A stretch of 59,056 nt of DNA, filler included, from Sphacelaria rigidula (GCA_964200075.2; 10 parts of 10 records of this genome joined end to end with filler, not necessarily neighbours in it); one strand, 5' to 3'. Counted from the first letter of the whole stretch, positions 23,565-37,238 are shown. Numbers and translations: made by a program. The notes: generated by a model not told the origin, from the letters alone.

Positions 23565-24921
23565 NNNNNNNNNNNNNNNNNNNNNNNNNNNNNNNNNNNN
23601 NNNNNNNNTTAATTAATTAANNNNNNNNNNNNNNNNNNNNNNNNNNNNNNNNNNNNNNNNNNNNCTGTTTGTTTTGAGTGAGTACATTGGGGGGGGGGAG
23701 GGGAGGGCGCTATCGTAGAATGTGTCAAATGTACCAAGTACAGTATCGACAATTGCGTCTATTGCAGTAGACAATATATTCCATAGTGTACGCAGTATAC
23801 TTTTTGACAATGTAATATTTTGTCATTATCCAGGGTGCGATCGCTTCGAGAATTTTTGGGGGGGAACTTCAATACGACGTGACTTAACAATGTACGACGT
23901 GTGCCCTAGTGCGCTTTTCGACGATATAATCTTTTCTCCAGGGTGCAATTGCTTATAACATTTTTTCGGGCACTTCGACACGACGTGACTTCACCTACAA
24001 CTTGCGCCCTAAGGCGGGGCGGGAAGAGGAGATTTCGAAGTACTGTTGAATTATACTTGCGACATTCTCAAGAATCCACTCGAAATCATATGTTGGGAAT
24101 TTGAATCACGGGTACCTGTCGGATGATATAAGAAATCGAATCTACTTGAAGAGGGAAGGAATCTAGCAGTTCTCCCCTCGCCGTCAAGGGCTCGCCGATG
24201 AGGACCTGTTTCGGAAAAAGGGTCGAAATCTTATGGTGAAGATTGCCGTGAGCACATGATCTTGTACGACCATTCTCCACATTACCGCAAGCGGTACATC
24301 CGGTCAAGTCCAACATGTTCTCTGTTTCTCGCCTTGAAGCAGCGATGAGATCCCTTCGCATAATACCTCTCAGTTCTCTGACACTTTTTTTTTAATTATA
24401 ATTTCTTCACTAGGGCAACATGTGGCAACTCCCCCCACCCCGGCAGAACTTGGTGACTGCGGGAATGGTCCGGCGAAAACTTGGCGAGATCAATGACCTC
24501 ATGAGCATCGCATGCAATAAATATCATGAGTACATCCCCCGACAGTACTGAGCGTGCCGTGGGCCAATACGTGCTCCAGAGTTGGTCACTACAGACAGTA
24601 ACGCACAGGAATAAAATGAACGAAAAAGAGAATCATCCCGCTTTTCCCTTCATGTCGTTCTTAAAGATCGCGGCGCGTCTTCAAGACATCTGCACTCGGA
24701 CGAACGCTACGAGATGCACACTCGGCCAATGAAGGCGTGTTGGGTACTATTGCAAAGCTGGGGATTGAATCCCATCCCATATCGTGCAATTTGGGTTCCC
24801 ACCGCCAAGTGCCGCGCTCGTGGCGGATGAATCCAAAACGAGAAAGCCCACAACAGCGAACCAAAAAGAAATACAAGATCTTCCGCGATCGTCTGTTTGA
24901 TGAGCCTCGCCGTTTGGGGGG

Positions 24922-24938
24922 CGTACTCATTTGTTGCT
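24922..24938 (-). mobile_element. 17-nt LINE 3' terminus inside a C-run
   Basis: Minus strand reads C11-AGCAACAAATGAGTACG-C6, identical to the LINE end at 39979-39995. Confidence 0.65.
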
Positions 24939-25802
24939 GGGGGGGGGGGCGGGCAAAACGAACAGCTACGGAAACGATTCAAATATATCACTCACGCCAG
25001 CAGCAAAGCATGATGGGCGTTTTGGAGCGAAATGAAGTGGACTGGGACGAGAGGAGGTGAAGTTTGTCGATGCTTTGGCATCTATTTACCGCCCGCCCTG
25101 ATCATCCCCATGGTACTGCTGCAGATTTCTACTCGCGCAAGATATCGTCCCCTACGTCCCTAACTCAACGCACATGATCTCCGAATCATCGCTAGTTCGT
25201 ATCAACAACTCTACTAACATTTCTGAGACCTGACTGCTCGAGAGAGGAAGAAAAAAAAATCTCAACGCGAATGTTTGCGCTACTACACTTCCCTGGGGTG
25301 GGTGCAATTCAACGCTGAAAACGAAGCCGAAGGAATTGATTTGTACGCACCAGAAGCAAGTAATTTTCAGACGAATTACTATTCTTCCGACCCTCCAAAT
25401 ATTTGACAAGTTCATTTCAAATTTCCCCAGCCAAAAGCTTGGCAGGGACGTGCTGAATACCGCTGTGCTGATATCAGATGGGGAGAAACCTCCGGCGCTG
25501 TCTGAGTTCATCTTGACTAGAAAAAGGAAAATATGCACGTAATCTGCAGACTACTATAAACTAAATCCGTTGCGAAAGGGGAGTTGGTCGATGCCGTGAG
25601 CTAAGCAGAGCTTTCGTCGGAATTTTTCCCTCGCCGTAATCTCCCCGCGGTTTATTGCATATTGTGGAATCACAAAAGTTTCGCACAATTTTTGCAAATT
25701 CCAACACCGTGCCTATTCCGGTATCGCAAAATGATGATTACATTAACTTGGAATAGTATGCCGCAATACCTTGGTACCGTACCGTGTACCGCAGACCACC
25801 CG

Positions 25803-25915
25803 TACCGTGCCGCACATCCCGTACACTGCAAATACCGTACCGTACGTCCCGTGAACTGTAAGTACCGTACCGTGCGTCCCGTAAACTGTAAGTACCGTAC
25901 CGTACGTCCCGTGAA
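25803..25915. repeat. 30-bp tandem repeat, about 3.8 copies
   Basis: Unit TACCGTACCGTACGTCCCGTGAACTGTAAG. Confidence 0.9.
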
Positions 25916-28281
25916 GTGAAAATATCTTGCTTCAAATATAAATCTCGCGCAGGACACCGCACTTCTTGTGAAGTGTGGCTGAGAGGTATGCATGGCGTTC
26001 TGACGATGCGACGGACAGCATTTCGAATCCCCCGCTTACATTATCTTCGTCACACTTTTTTTGCCTTCAGAATTGATGAGAAGTATTGTGCTAACGGCGA
26101 CACTGCCGGGTGAAAATTATACATACTTTTATATCGTTTTGGGAGAAGAGTATGTGGCGTCGGTTTTTAGTTTATAACGCGGTGAGATATGTGATCGATA
26201 ACCTTGATGTTTTTTTTCAGATCGTGCTTGCTAGTTATTGTGTCGGTTAACGGGGCACTTGGTATGTGCTATTCGTGCGTGTGTTGCGTGACCATCCCAT
26301 TTATTTCTGCACGCCAGTCTATGCCTTTCGGTGTGTGTGTGTGCGCAATAGCCGGGGTCGCACAAGAGGAAGGTCAACAACACAGCACTTTTTCCCATCT
26401 TGTTTGTAGTCCTCCACCTTCCATCTGTGATGCCCACCCTTCACTTTTATCGCGAGAAGGGTTCACCAGTCCCTCTCGACCGTGGAGTCATTATAGATAT
26501 TGTCGCGGGTCGATAGGCGGACTGCCTCCGGCACGAGAAGGTGAAGAAGCAGTAGCATTAGCAGCAGCAGCAGCAGAAACAACAACAGCATCTGTACCAT
26601 CAGCAGATGTGTACATTTGGGGGTGGGGTTGAGGCAACCATTGCCGATACTGCTGCTGCTGCTCTTCCTCGTGCGAGAGACGGTGCGCGTTTCGACCGTG
26701 CGACAACGCCCACGCACTTCGCGCGTGACTGCCAACCTACTGGGAATCGCTGGTCCGCGTTACCCACCGATGGATCCATGCTTGCTCACTCGGCGAAGTG
26801 CTGAGGCGTAGCTGTGCGCATCTCTCAGAGAGAGCTGCGCAAGTCGAGTGTGTACCCCACGCGTGGCTACTGCTGGTGATGAGAAAGCGAGCTGTGCGCT
26901 CCATGAAGGGCCGAGCAACCAACGCCTTGCAACCATGTGACGCTCCTCTCCGCATTCTCGCGCGCATATTCATCCGATCTCACGGGAATCAATTCTCGAA
27001 GTATTACTTCTCGCGAGAGTGATTTCGGGGGAGATGATAATCCGGCATGAACTCACGCGCAATCGGAAACACACACAAAAAGAAACTCCAAAATCATTGT
27101 CACACTCACGTCGCGTTCTTACTTTTCTGATCTCATCAAAACGGGCTCTTGAAACAACCCGACGCAAGTTGGATTACCTTACAAAAATAGGGACGTTAAA
27201 AGCGTTCTTGGGTTCGCTTGGGTACGCACAGCCCGTATCCACACAGTCTGTACAGTAGCATTGTACTGGCCTTCAAACACAAAGAGGGGCACATTGGCAA
27301 TCGGCGTGGTCACGTTCTGAGAATTTCGAGGTAGACACGTTAGAAAAATTATAAAGATCCAAAATTTTAATAGATGGCACACAATAGTGTATAAACAGCA
27401 TGGGTCAACTCGGGTTTCGGCGGCGCGCGCGGGGGGGGTGAATAGTGGCGAAGGGGACGAGAAAATGGCCGTCCCCGAGGGATGGTTCTCACCGTGAAAT
27501 GGGGGTGATATCCACCGTTTCGGCACAGTAGCGTGCGATCGACAGAATTTTTGGATCATATGAAGTAATTCTTTGGATACATTCAATAAGGAATAAACTG
27601 AAAAATGAAAAACGTTCCTTTACCCGGGGGTTTTATGCATGCATCCTCCGGAAGAACATTGTCACACGGGTGGTGTCCACCGTTTTGGCGTGTGACATGC
27701 GAATGATGATGCACCTAGACACAAGAACGCATCGTCGATATTACGTGAGATTAGCGAAATACTCTTTTCCGATACCCCGTTTTTCCCCATCGGGAAATGA
27801 AATCGCCCTACTTCCTCCCCCAACACGATGAGGGTGCTATCTACAGTCCTGGTCACTTACAGGGTCATTTACAGACGAACGACGATGACCCCGAACACGT
27901 GGGAGGCGTTACTAGAACGTGCTCACCGTAGCCTACTACTTCTCGACCTCTTCCTGCACCCGTTCCCTTTCTCAGGGACATAATCAGTGTACCCCTTCCC
28001 GAACAATTTCAGCGGTAAGAACAGCCGATAATCGAAATTGAGGATGGAGCTTCTCATAGAGGATGAGAACCCGGGGGAGGTGTTGTTGCCACTCCTTCCT
28101 CATTACGCGCAGGGGTTAAAATATGAATGCCGATGGCCCTGAACACGCGAGTACTCACTAGAACGTATACTTCTTACATGCTGATTCGATATCACTCTCC
28201 CCCCTCTCCCCGACAATGGAAATGGCGATACCATAAAATTAAGCGACTCATTGGAGGCTATCATCCAAATGNNNNNNNNNN

Positions 28282-28356
28282 AGCGTGCTCCGTCCCGGCT
28301 TCGTAGGGGTGCGAGTTCAATGGTCTCATGACTATGGCATGCATGATCATGGGTAT
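28282..28356 (+). repeat. 3' part of the SINE-like element
   Basis: GCGTGCTCCGTCCCGGCTTCGTAGGG..ATGACTATGGCATGCATGATCATGGGTATA followed by a C-run. Confidence 0.75.
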
Positions 28357-28379
28357 ACCCCCTTCTCCGCGACGATGAC

Positions 28380-28760
28380 ATGAGCATATTTCTCTCATTT
28401 TTCTCTTATTTTTCTCTCATTTTTTTCATGTTTCTCCTTTTTGTTTCTGATTACGAGCTGGAGTCTTACAATCAGCTACGTAATGCACGATCATCATCCT
28501 TTTCTTCTTTGTTCGTGCTTGTGTTTGTCTTCGTGTTTGTCGTTATTTTGTTGTCACTGCTGTTGTTTGTTCCTGTTGTTGTTTGTCGTTGTTATCGCTG
28601 CCCCCTTTCTTTCCTTTCTGAGGCCGTTTCTTCTGTCGTTTTTCTGTTCCTTCCTTTCTTTATTGATTTTTATTTTATTATTCTGTTCTATTTTTCTATT
28701 TTTGCTGCTCCTGACCACGGGCTGGATTGTTGCAATCAACTAATGTGAGATAATCAATCG

Positions 28761-28806
<46 letters not shown>
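28380..28806 (+). repeat. T-rich retroposon 3' UTR ending in an (AATC)n microsatellite tail, RTE-like
   Basis: T-rich segment, then CCTGACCACGGGCTGGA..ATGTGAGA, then (AATC)n at about 28753-28806. The tail is seen directly; the RTE assignment is inferred. Confidence 0.6.
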
Positions 28807-28807
<1 letters not shown>

Positions 28808-31644
28808 TCCCCTTCAAACACCCTCACCCGGGGATGGGGTTATTACACGCAATAGCCGTTTGCGGGAGAACTATAAGATGCTTCTGAACGCATGAGAGGT
28901 ATCGTTAAACATCACCCCTCTTCTGTATCTCTAGGATAGTCGGCGGTGCCGCTGTTCGTTTGCGATAAAACAGAACAGAGGATACCACTGATGGGATTTT
29001 CTAAGATAACTACTCTCGTATCTCTGGAAAATCCATGGGCAATATCTCTACATGAGACATCACAAATACATTGAAGGTGTTTTCGAAAAATAGCCGTGCG
29101 TGCCATGCTCTACATTATCCACCCTTGATGAGGTCTTGAATGTACCACCAGTAACACGGCCGACACAAAAGCTGGGCACCATTAGCCTACAAATTGGTGT
29201 ACATTCAAATGAAATGATCAGGACCGGTCGGTCCAAGTGCTGCAACTTCCTTTGGGGTCTGCGAAGCCGGACTTCACCTGATTAGGCCGCAAGGTTATTC
29301 CTACCCTCACTGATCCCACAGTGTAGATGAGATTTCCGGGTTGCCTTCTTGATGTTTTGTCTTGAGTACACCGAGTTGAAATTTTCGACTATAAAATGAC
29401 TATTTTCCACGGTTAGGACAAATCATCACGACTCAAAATCACCAAGTTCACGATTTCTTCTGCCTGCTTGCCTGAAAGGGNNNNNNNNNNNNNNNNNNNN
29501 NNNNNNNNNNNNNNNNNNNNNNNNTTAATTAATTAANNNNNNNNNNNNNNNNNNNNNNNNNNNNNNNNNNNNNNNNNNNNCGTCATTTGTTCTCCCCCTA
29601 TCCCGTGGCGCAGCCTGGTCAGCTGGCGACACGGGTGTGTTCTCTTGTGTCGTTCCGTTGCGCGTGGTCCAGTGTTCCACCGGGAATGACCACTTATACC
29701 GCCCTAGTTGTAGGCCGTATTTTCGCCGGACGATTGCTTTGAGTTGGGTATTGCGCTCTGACGAATTGAATTGTTTTTTTTTTACTTGGCACTACGTTTT
29801 CGCTCATATCACGTGATAGTTGATCCGCCGCGCTGAACGACAAGTTCTCCCCAACGACCTTTGGCTCCTTGCCCTGAGTGTCGTCTTGGATGGGCTAGTA
29901 CCCACCCCCGCAGAGGTTTTGAATTCGCACTTCGGGCACACCAAACCTGAACATCGGCTGCATCCCGGCTTTTATTTCCCTATTGCTGCGTAGCCCCCCC
30001 CATTGCATTGTACTCCACGCTGCACGCCTTTTTCGAGGCAGGTTTGCCACTTCAAACGCCCTGCCAAGGAAACGGGCGGGATGCCACTCTCGCTATACGC
30101 GACGGATGTGTCGGGACGGAGTCGAACAAAGATGTGGAGCTCACTTGGATCTACGTTCGACCAGAGCAGTTGCCGCGATGCTATGCCGCAACTGCGTTTT
30201 CCCTCCCCTTTTCCCGGATTGTCTGGCATTCCGTCCTTGTTCCGTTGGTGAATGAAGTCTACGCGTGCGTACCATTTAGTGCTTTACTTTGTAGATGGAC
30301 TTGCGTGTGTGTTGTCTTGTTCAACATAGGTGCGTCAGTGTCACGTATATACAACGTTCTCCTTCTTGTGGATTGAACGTTTGATGATGTGTTGGATCGC
30401 AGCGATGCTCGCCTTTTGAAGGTGTGGGAGAGGGATTATTTTTTCTTCGCTTCATGCTTTTGTACGAGTGTTGTGTAGAAGAGCCCTTTCTCGTTGAATT
30501 ATGAAATTCCTCGGCGCAATTACATTGTGCCGAGGTGATGTAATTCAACTGCATAAGGACTCGTCTAGGATGGGCTAGTGTGATGAAGCTCAGAGGCGTT
30601 GCAAGATATACTCTGTGCGGGTCTGCTCGTAGACCCTGGATTCTGTGACGCGTTGTTATCGCGTTTGCTACTGTCATAAGTTAGGGCTGTTTAGCCGCGG
30701 CCCCACGCAGCGCCCCTTCTTGATCAGTTGCTGCCCTTGCCGTGGTCTACCCTGGGCCATCACTACGCTCTGCTCCTATGGCTGCCCTGCGGCTGTACTG
30801 AGTAAGGGAGGCTTGTAGATAAAACATGATGCTAAGCAAACACGTGAGTTCCTTATCAAGAGTCTGAACATGAATGAATCTACTTGTGATAAGTCAAGGA
30901 TGGATAGCTAGGTCTGTGTGAGTTTGCCCACGTGGGAGCTTGGTGAGGCTGACACCATGGTACCTCCTGGCACTCATACTGAGGGACCCCAGCCACTGCA
31001 TCAGCTACTTTCCATATGACAATATATCTAAATCTAGACTGATAGACACCCACATTATATATCCATACGTATAGCGCATGCCGCCGAGCTAACTCTGCAG
31101 TATATAGGCCACCACACGAATCTGCACGGTGTGGTGTTGTCCTGGACGGTATGGTAGAGTCCAGTACAGCACCATACCGCGTTCGTATTGTTGTGGTGAT
31201 ATCCCTGCTATATCTCGTTGTTGTTGTTGTTTTTGGTCAACACGGGACTACGAGGTTTCAGGACTATCATGTACACACGACGAAGGTATATGCCGTTGTC
31301 GCACCATTACCACAGCTGAGCTCAGCCGCGTAGACATACACTTGCAATCAGTGTATGGGATTTGCAAGCAGCACATTCTGTTGAAAAATCCCTTACTTCC
31401 CCAAGTGACATGTGAATCGGGGGGCAACAGGATGGGTTTTCAACAATTTCTTGTGCCTCTTGAAACTTATACTACGTCGATCACGGTACAGTGTAAGGGA
31501 CGTGCACAGCTGAGACTGTCTGCAATATGTTCTCTTTCAGCCCAATGTCTGGATAAATTGGCGGGCAAAATGAGGATTTATTTCGGCGCAGCTTCTGTTG
31601 TACAAGTTCCAAATCTGCCAGTGTATGTATATAGGTTCGGATGC

Positions 31645-34600
31645 AGAAAGGCGGCTGGCCCGTGATTGATCCAGACAGGAGACTTGCTGAAGCTGCGTGC
31701 AGTGGGAGTTTAAAGGCTCCAATAACTGTGTGGTGCGATGACGAAGCAAGGAAGTGTGCAGTTCGCAAAAGTCCGCTGGCCTGCGAAAGATTCGCAGGTA
31801 GCCAGTTGCAGCTATGGCGACCGGCTAGCGTGGTACGTCCAGCGTGACGCCCGTGGTCATGGGGAAATAGTTGCGACCTCCCCAATACGGGGATATGTAC
31901 TCCAACAGTGCATCTCGCACTTTTGAAACCAAGAGCTCTGAGGACAGAAAGCGTGTGAAGCACGCTAACGCAGGGGATGCAGTGCGATACCAGTTGGTGT
32001 CGATGGCTCAAAAAATACCGACGTATGTGCAAAGAGTGCTTGCGCGTGTGGAACATAAAAAAAAAACTACAATCATCACGCCGCCGTTGGTTGCGGCGAT
32101 CAAAAGCATGCTTGGCATGCGGCGGGCACTTGCCACTGCTGTGGCCAGATCGGCCAATACGCGCGCGATTGCCCAACGTCTTCCGGTGGAGAGTGTGGGC
32201 AGTCTCATGCCACGCGCAATCAGCATCGTCAGCACAAAGGTAAATGACGAGATAATCGGGGTGGTGGTGGCGGCGGCGGATCCTCCAGCGGTGGAGGGTC
32301 GCAGCCGAGTCCTCAGCAGCAGCAGCAGCAGCAGCATGGATCTGGTTCTGGGTCCGGCGCCGCCGTAGGCGCTGCTGCTCCGCAACGGGCGGAGCAGGTG
32401 CGACCGACTTCTACATTGTCGAACACTGCATCGGCGCCCATGGTGGCGCCGGTGGTGGCGCCGGTGGCGACACCGGCAGCAGCGCTAGGCGCGACGCCTG
32501 CTGATGCGCTGGTCGGAGTTTCGCTATAACCTTGGTCTGCTGGCTGGGGGTTGTACCCGCCGGCGGTGCCGTTTCAACCTGCCGGGGTGTCTTTGCCTGC
32601 GGAGCTTGCGGAGCTTGCGGAGCTTGCGCAGCCGTGGCGTCAAGTGGGTTCAGCGGCGCATCGGTCGGCGAATGAAGTGCCAGTGGGGTTTGCGGACAAG
32701 TACGTATCTGCGGAGCGGTGTTTTCCAAATCAACGGGAGCGTGGAGCCATTGCGGTTCGGGCTGTGTCGAATTCTGGCGCCCACTTCACGAGTTTGTCGG
32801 TGCAGATTGTAGACATGTTGGAGTGTTCGCTCCCGAGTGTGCCGTTGCGCACTCCGTTTTCGCTCGGGGCGGGGCAGGTCGTCACCGCGTCGGGTGAGCG
32901 TGTTTACGTCACGGAGCGTACTGTCCCACTGCAACTGGCTTTCATGACTGCCTGGGGGCCGGTGCCGTTGCCTCCGATTTCGTTTGCGATCATGCCGGGG
33001 TCGGATGGCGCCATTCCTCTGGGGTTGCCGACGCTTCAGGATCTTGGAATCGGTCCGTATGCGTGGTTGTGGAACTCCATGAAGACGCGGATGTCTCCGT
33101 CTAGTCCGCGCTTGGAGGCGCCCACCTTGTTGGGCAGTCGTCGTGTGAGCTTGTCGGTGGATGCTTTTCAGGAGGCTGGGGGGCAGGTGACCGAGGAGAG
33201 GGATGAGATAGTGCAACGCTTGGTGGAGCGCGGCCCGGAGAAGTTTATGGATCCGGCGGAAGAGTATTCCGCTCGGAACCTCGCGCTGTAGGAGAGCGTG
33301 ACGGATGCTATGGCGAAAGGCCTCAGCGTCTCAAAAGCGGAGCGCCTGCGCGGCATATTGCATCGCCGCGTCAACGCGTTTCGCCGTGCGCTGCGGGGTG
33401 ATCACCCTGCGTGAGTGGAGCCCATGCGTGTTCAGCCAAAACCTGAGGCGTCCGCGGTGAAAACAAAGCCGCGGCGGTACGATCCGGTGAAGTCGAGTTG
33501 GTTGGCGTCGTGCATGGCGGCTCTTTTGGCGCTGGGTTTGGTGTTCCGCAACTTGCAGGCGGTGTGGTCCAGTCCAGATATGGCGGTTATGAAGACGGAT
33601 TCGTTTCGTCTAGTAGGCGGTAGGCGACTACAAGGCTGTGAATGAACAGGTTGAGAAGTCGCCGGGTGTGATGCCCAATCAAGGGTCGGACATGCGTGAT
33701 CTGTTGAGTGCTCGTTTTGTTTGGCAAGTTGGACCTCCTCCAAGGTTTTTGGCAGATGCCATCGGCGGAGGAGGCGCAGGAGATTTTAAAATCACGACTC
33801 CGTTTGGCCTGCTTACCTCTAAGCGAGTGCCGCAAGGTATGATGAATGCCACGGCATGTTTTCAAGGCATCATGACAGAACTTCTCGTCGGCTTAAAATG
33901 CAAGATGTGGGTGGATGATGTGTTTTTGGAGGGGGACACGGGAAACGAACGTTTAGACACGCTTGATGCTATCTTGGCCCGTTTAGAAAGTGTTGGTTTG
34001 TTTGCGGCTGCACACAAGTATACCTTTTTCGCCAGTAAACTCGTGTGGTGTGGGAAAGTGTACTCACACGGACGCGTATCCCATGACCCTGTTTGACATG
34101 CGGCGCCCGGAGACGGCCGCAGAACTCATGCAATTCCTTCAGGCCGTGAAGCGGCTGCGTACCTCGTTGCTGCGTATGGCAGAAATCGTATGTCCCTTTC
34201 GTTTTTTCCTCGAAGAACTCATGGCGGATGCTGCGAGGCGGACGAAGCGTGTGGCAAAAAATTGTGCTATTCCGCCTGAATCGTGGACGGAGGGCAGGCT
34301 ACAGGCGTGGGCGGCAGCGAAGGATCTGGTGGCTCATGCCGTGACACTGTTCCATCCTCGTCCTGATTATCAGGTGTTGATGTTTCCTGATGCATCTGAG
34401 TGCCATTGGGGTGGTTTTGTCACACAGGTTCCTGAAGTTGAAATGCAACAACGCTTGCCGGTCGAGGTTATGACGCATGAACCGCTGGCTTTCCTCACTG
34501 GTAGTTTCAAGAGCTTACAGTTGCGTTGGAGCACAAATGACAAGGAAGCTTTTGCTATCGTGAGCACGTTTCGTTGTTTGGAGCATATTTTGTGGGATGG

Positions 34601-35287
34601 CGTGCACATTTTCACGGATCACCGAACTCTCGTGTTTATTTTCAACCCGGAAGCGCGCGTTACGTCTGTGTCGAAGGCGTTGAAACAACGTTTGGAGGGT
34701 TGGAAAGGTGTTCTTGGCCAGTATCGCTACTTGATTTGCCATTTTTCGGGTGACCGTAACGCGTAGGGTGGCTTGCTTTCGCGTCGGGTGAATACTCCGG
34801 CTTTGCCCGTGCGCGCTGTGGCTGTGTATAGCCCGTGTGAACCTGATGACTGGATGCCGTCCAAATCTGTTGTCCGCCAAGCGCAACGAAAAGACCTTGG
34901 GGCCGAAAATGTAGATCTACAATCTTTCGAGTCGGATGTTGGTACTGCTATCTTGGACAATGAAAGTCTGTTTCGTGTGCATGTGCGTGGGTATGTGCGT
35001 GGCCGAAACGTTTTGTGGATTTCGAGTACTGACAAGCAGTTGCAGGTACGTCTGATGATTTGCGCGCACGTGCGCAACGCCGGGCATCGTGGTGTGGCTG
35101 CGATGCTCGTGCGCTTGCAAGAGCTTTGTGTTTGGCACGGGATAGAAACTCATGTGCGCGAATTTGTCCGCCAGTGTCTTCGTTGTGCTGGCTCGAAGGC
35201 GGGCGATGTTGTTCTCCGCCCGCTCGGCGAAATGGTCCATGGGACCATGCCGAATGACGTCGTTCATTTTGACTTCTTGTACGTGGG
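31645..35287 (+). mobile_element. Ty3/Gypsy gag-pol, decayed (gag, protease, RT, RNase H, start of integrase)
   Basis: Protease-like AVSNSGAHF; RT PQGMMNA and WVDD; RNase H FPDAS, KEAFAIV and FTDHR; integrase AH..GHRG..CLRC and HFDFL; order PR-RT-RH-IN; stops and frameshifts. Confidence 0.95.
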
Positions 35288-35396
35288 GACACTTTCTACG
35301 ATAGCCCCCCCCACAAAAGTGCATGGTTTTGGGAGGCAAAATCTTCACGTAAATCCAAATGGGCAAAGCCGAGCACAGCGAGAAGCTGGGAACTCC
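35288..35396 (+). mobile_element. MITE end inserted in the Gypsy integrase
   Basis: Matches 2623-2731; integrase similarity ends at FDFLYVG. Confidence 0.8.
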
Positions 35397-35752
35397 NNNN
35401 NNNNNNNNNNNNNNNNNNNNNNNNNNNNNNNNNNNNNNNNTTAATTAATTAANNNNNNNNNNNNNNNNNNNNNNNNNNNNNNNNNNNNNNNNNNNNCGAC
35501 TATGGCCACAGACAAATGAGTACGCCCCCCCCCCCCACCGATCACTCCCCACACCGTGACACGCTCGATCTCCCCCTGGGCGCACATCGTTCAAAACCTT
35601 GCCTCACTGCTCATGCAAGCATACCCCCTCCACATGATTCAACATGGATGTTGCCACCACAAATTGCAATCATGTGATCTCCAAGATACTACAACTAGCC
35701 AAAGGGATCTTCGACACCAGTATGTTCAGTGTGTATGACTGTATCAACGGCC

Positions 35753-35786
<34 letters not shown>

Positions 35787-35954
35787 CCCCCGCCCCCGCC
35801 CCCCCGCCCTCGCGTGCCCCCGGCACGCCCCGACCCCGCCTCCGGCNNNNNNNNNNAGCTGAATGTAGCCGACAAATCAAAACCACCCCCCCCCCCCCCC
35901 CCCCCCCCCCGCTTCCCCCCGGCAAGGCCTGCTTCATTCGCACGTCCCGAGCAC

Positions 35955-36262
35955 CTATCGTCCGTCGCCTGGCAGCTTTCAACACCTGGACCACAAACAG
36001 ACACGACTCTATCGCCACCGCTCGCTCCCCGAGAGCCATCCACTCCGCGGTGCTCTCGACGTCTATCGCTCCCCTGCCCCCCCCCGTCCCCCCTCCACCG
36101 CCGCCGCCACCGGCTCCTGTACCCCACAATACGTCACCGGCATTCAACAGGCCTTCTAAGCCGGGGCCGTCCCCACCCTTCCCCGCAGCCGCCGCCGTGT
36201 CTTCCTTCATGCACGCCGGCAGCGGTATCGGAGCGTGGGGTGTTGGATGTCGTCGTTGTCGC
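35955..36262 (-). CDS. VPS50: VPS50/syndetin-like exon (last visible; donor position uncertain)
   Basis: IDVESTAEWMALGERAVAIESCLFV resembles the VPS50 motif LYGLAERVVATESLVFL; ttcttcag acceptor; phase fits the previous exon. Confidence 0.7.
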
Positions 36263-36802
36263 CTGAAGAATGACCACACATGGGGGCAAGCGAACGCGCG
36301 GGGGTGGGAAAGTGCTTCGCAAAAAGAAGGAAAAAGAGAAAAAAAGAGGAAGACGGAGCAGATTTTCAGGTGTGACGAGAACAAAACGGGTGAGGGTAGC
36401 ACACAAAACAAAAAAAACGTGGTCTTAAACAAAAAAGGACAAGGAGACACAATTTATCAACCTTGCCGAAAAATAAACGTCGTACCAGCTATGTTATCAC
36501 GTAACGTTTCTCAGGCAGCTTGGGTTGACACAAACTACCATTTCGACAGGCAATCACGCCAACAAATAGAATACGCGCCCTTTCCAACAATCTTCCAACG
36601 CCCACCAGCGTTTCGACACAGTCATCACGCCAACAATCGAACGCACACACACCATTTTCAACAGTCTTCTAGACGGGAAAGCATCCGTAAGCGCTCGACG
36701 CCCCAAGCTCAGACCCTCCGAACAGCCAACCCAATCCGTACACTGTCCGTCTCAACCAAACCCTTGTACCCCAAGACAAACCAGGCAAGCCGTAGTAGTT
36801 AC

Positions 36803-37147
36803 CGGGAGAAGATCCCTTGGTTCATCGTGGTCGATCCGGCCGGCGACCGTGACGGCGAATCCGTCCCCCCGCCAGCGCTCCTGAAGGGCCACAAATCTCC
36901 TACCAGATCACTCTCCCGCACACCCCCAGGACCGCTCGCGCCACCGCCGCCACCACCAGGAGTGGAGTCCAGGCTTGATCGCCCCCCGCGATCCCGGTTG
37001 GGCTTCGTACCCGATGAGGGTGCGGCAGGGGAAGCGCCCGATAGGGTCAGGGCTAGGCCTAACGGATCGCTCCAGTGGGGCACTTCGGCATCGACATCCT
37101 TTGTTGGTGGTGGCGTCGCGGACGCTGGAGATCGACTTGGAGGTCGT
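36803..37147 (-). CDS. VPS50: VPS50-like low-complexity exon
   Basis: ctcccag acceptor, GTAACT donor, open frame, phase 2 at both ends matching its neighbours. Confidence 0.6.
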
Positions 37148-37238
37148 CTGGGAGGAGGGCATTGACGTGTGAGGAAGTGAAGCAGAATAGGAGAGGGGGC
37201 ATGTTGTAGGAGGATAGGAGGGAGGGCGGGAGGGGGGG

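Noticed and set aside
26463..26960. GC-rich region with short Ala/Gln-rich ORFs
   Set aside because: No recognisable domain or consistent splice structure; could be a first exon but cannot be supported
28380..28748. Highly hydrophobic 122-aa ORF resembling a membrane protein
   Set aside because: Product of T-rich low-complexity retroposon UTR sequence
30645..31283. Possible 5' LTR of the contig 6 Gypsy (TGTGACG...GTCGCA)
   Set aside because: The right terminus is imperfect, there is no second LTR and no clear similarity to 19752-20428, so boundaries are unsupported
35729..37165. 478-aa Pro-rich + strand ORF
   Set aside because: Antisense shadow of GC-rich VPS50-like exons plus poly(C); it spans an N gap and an intron
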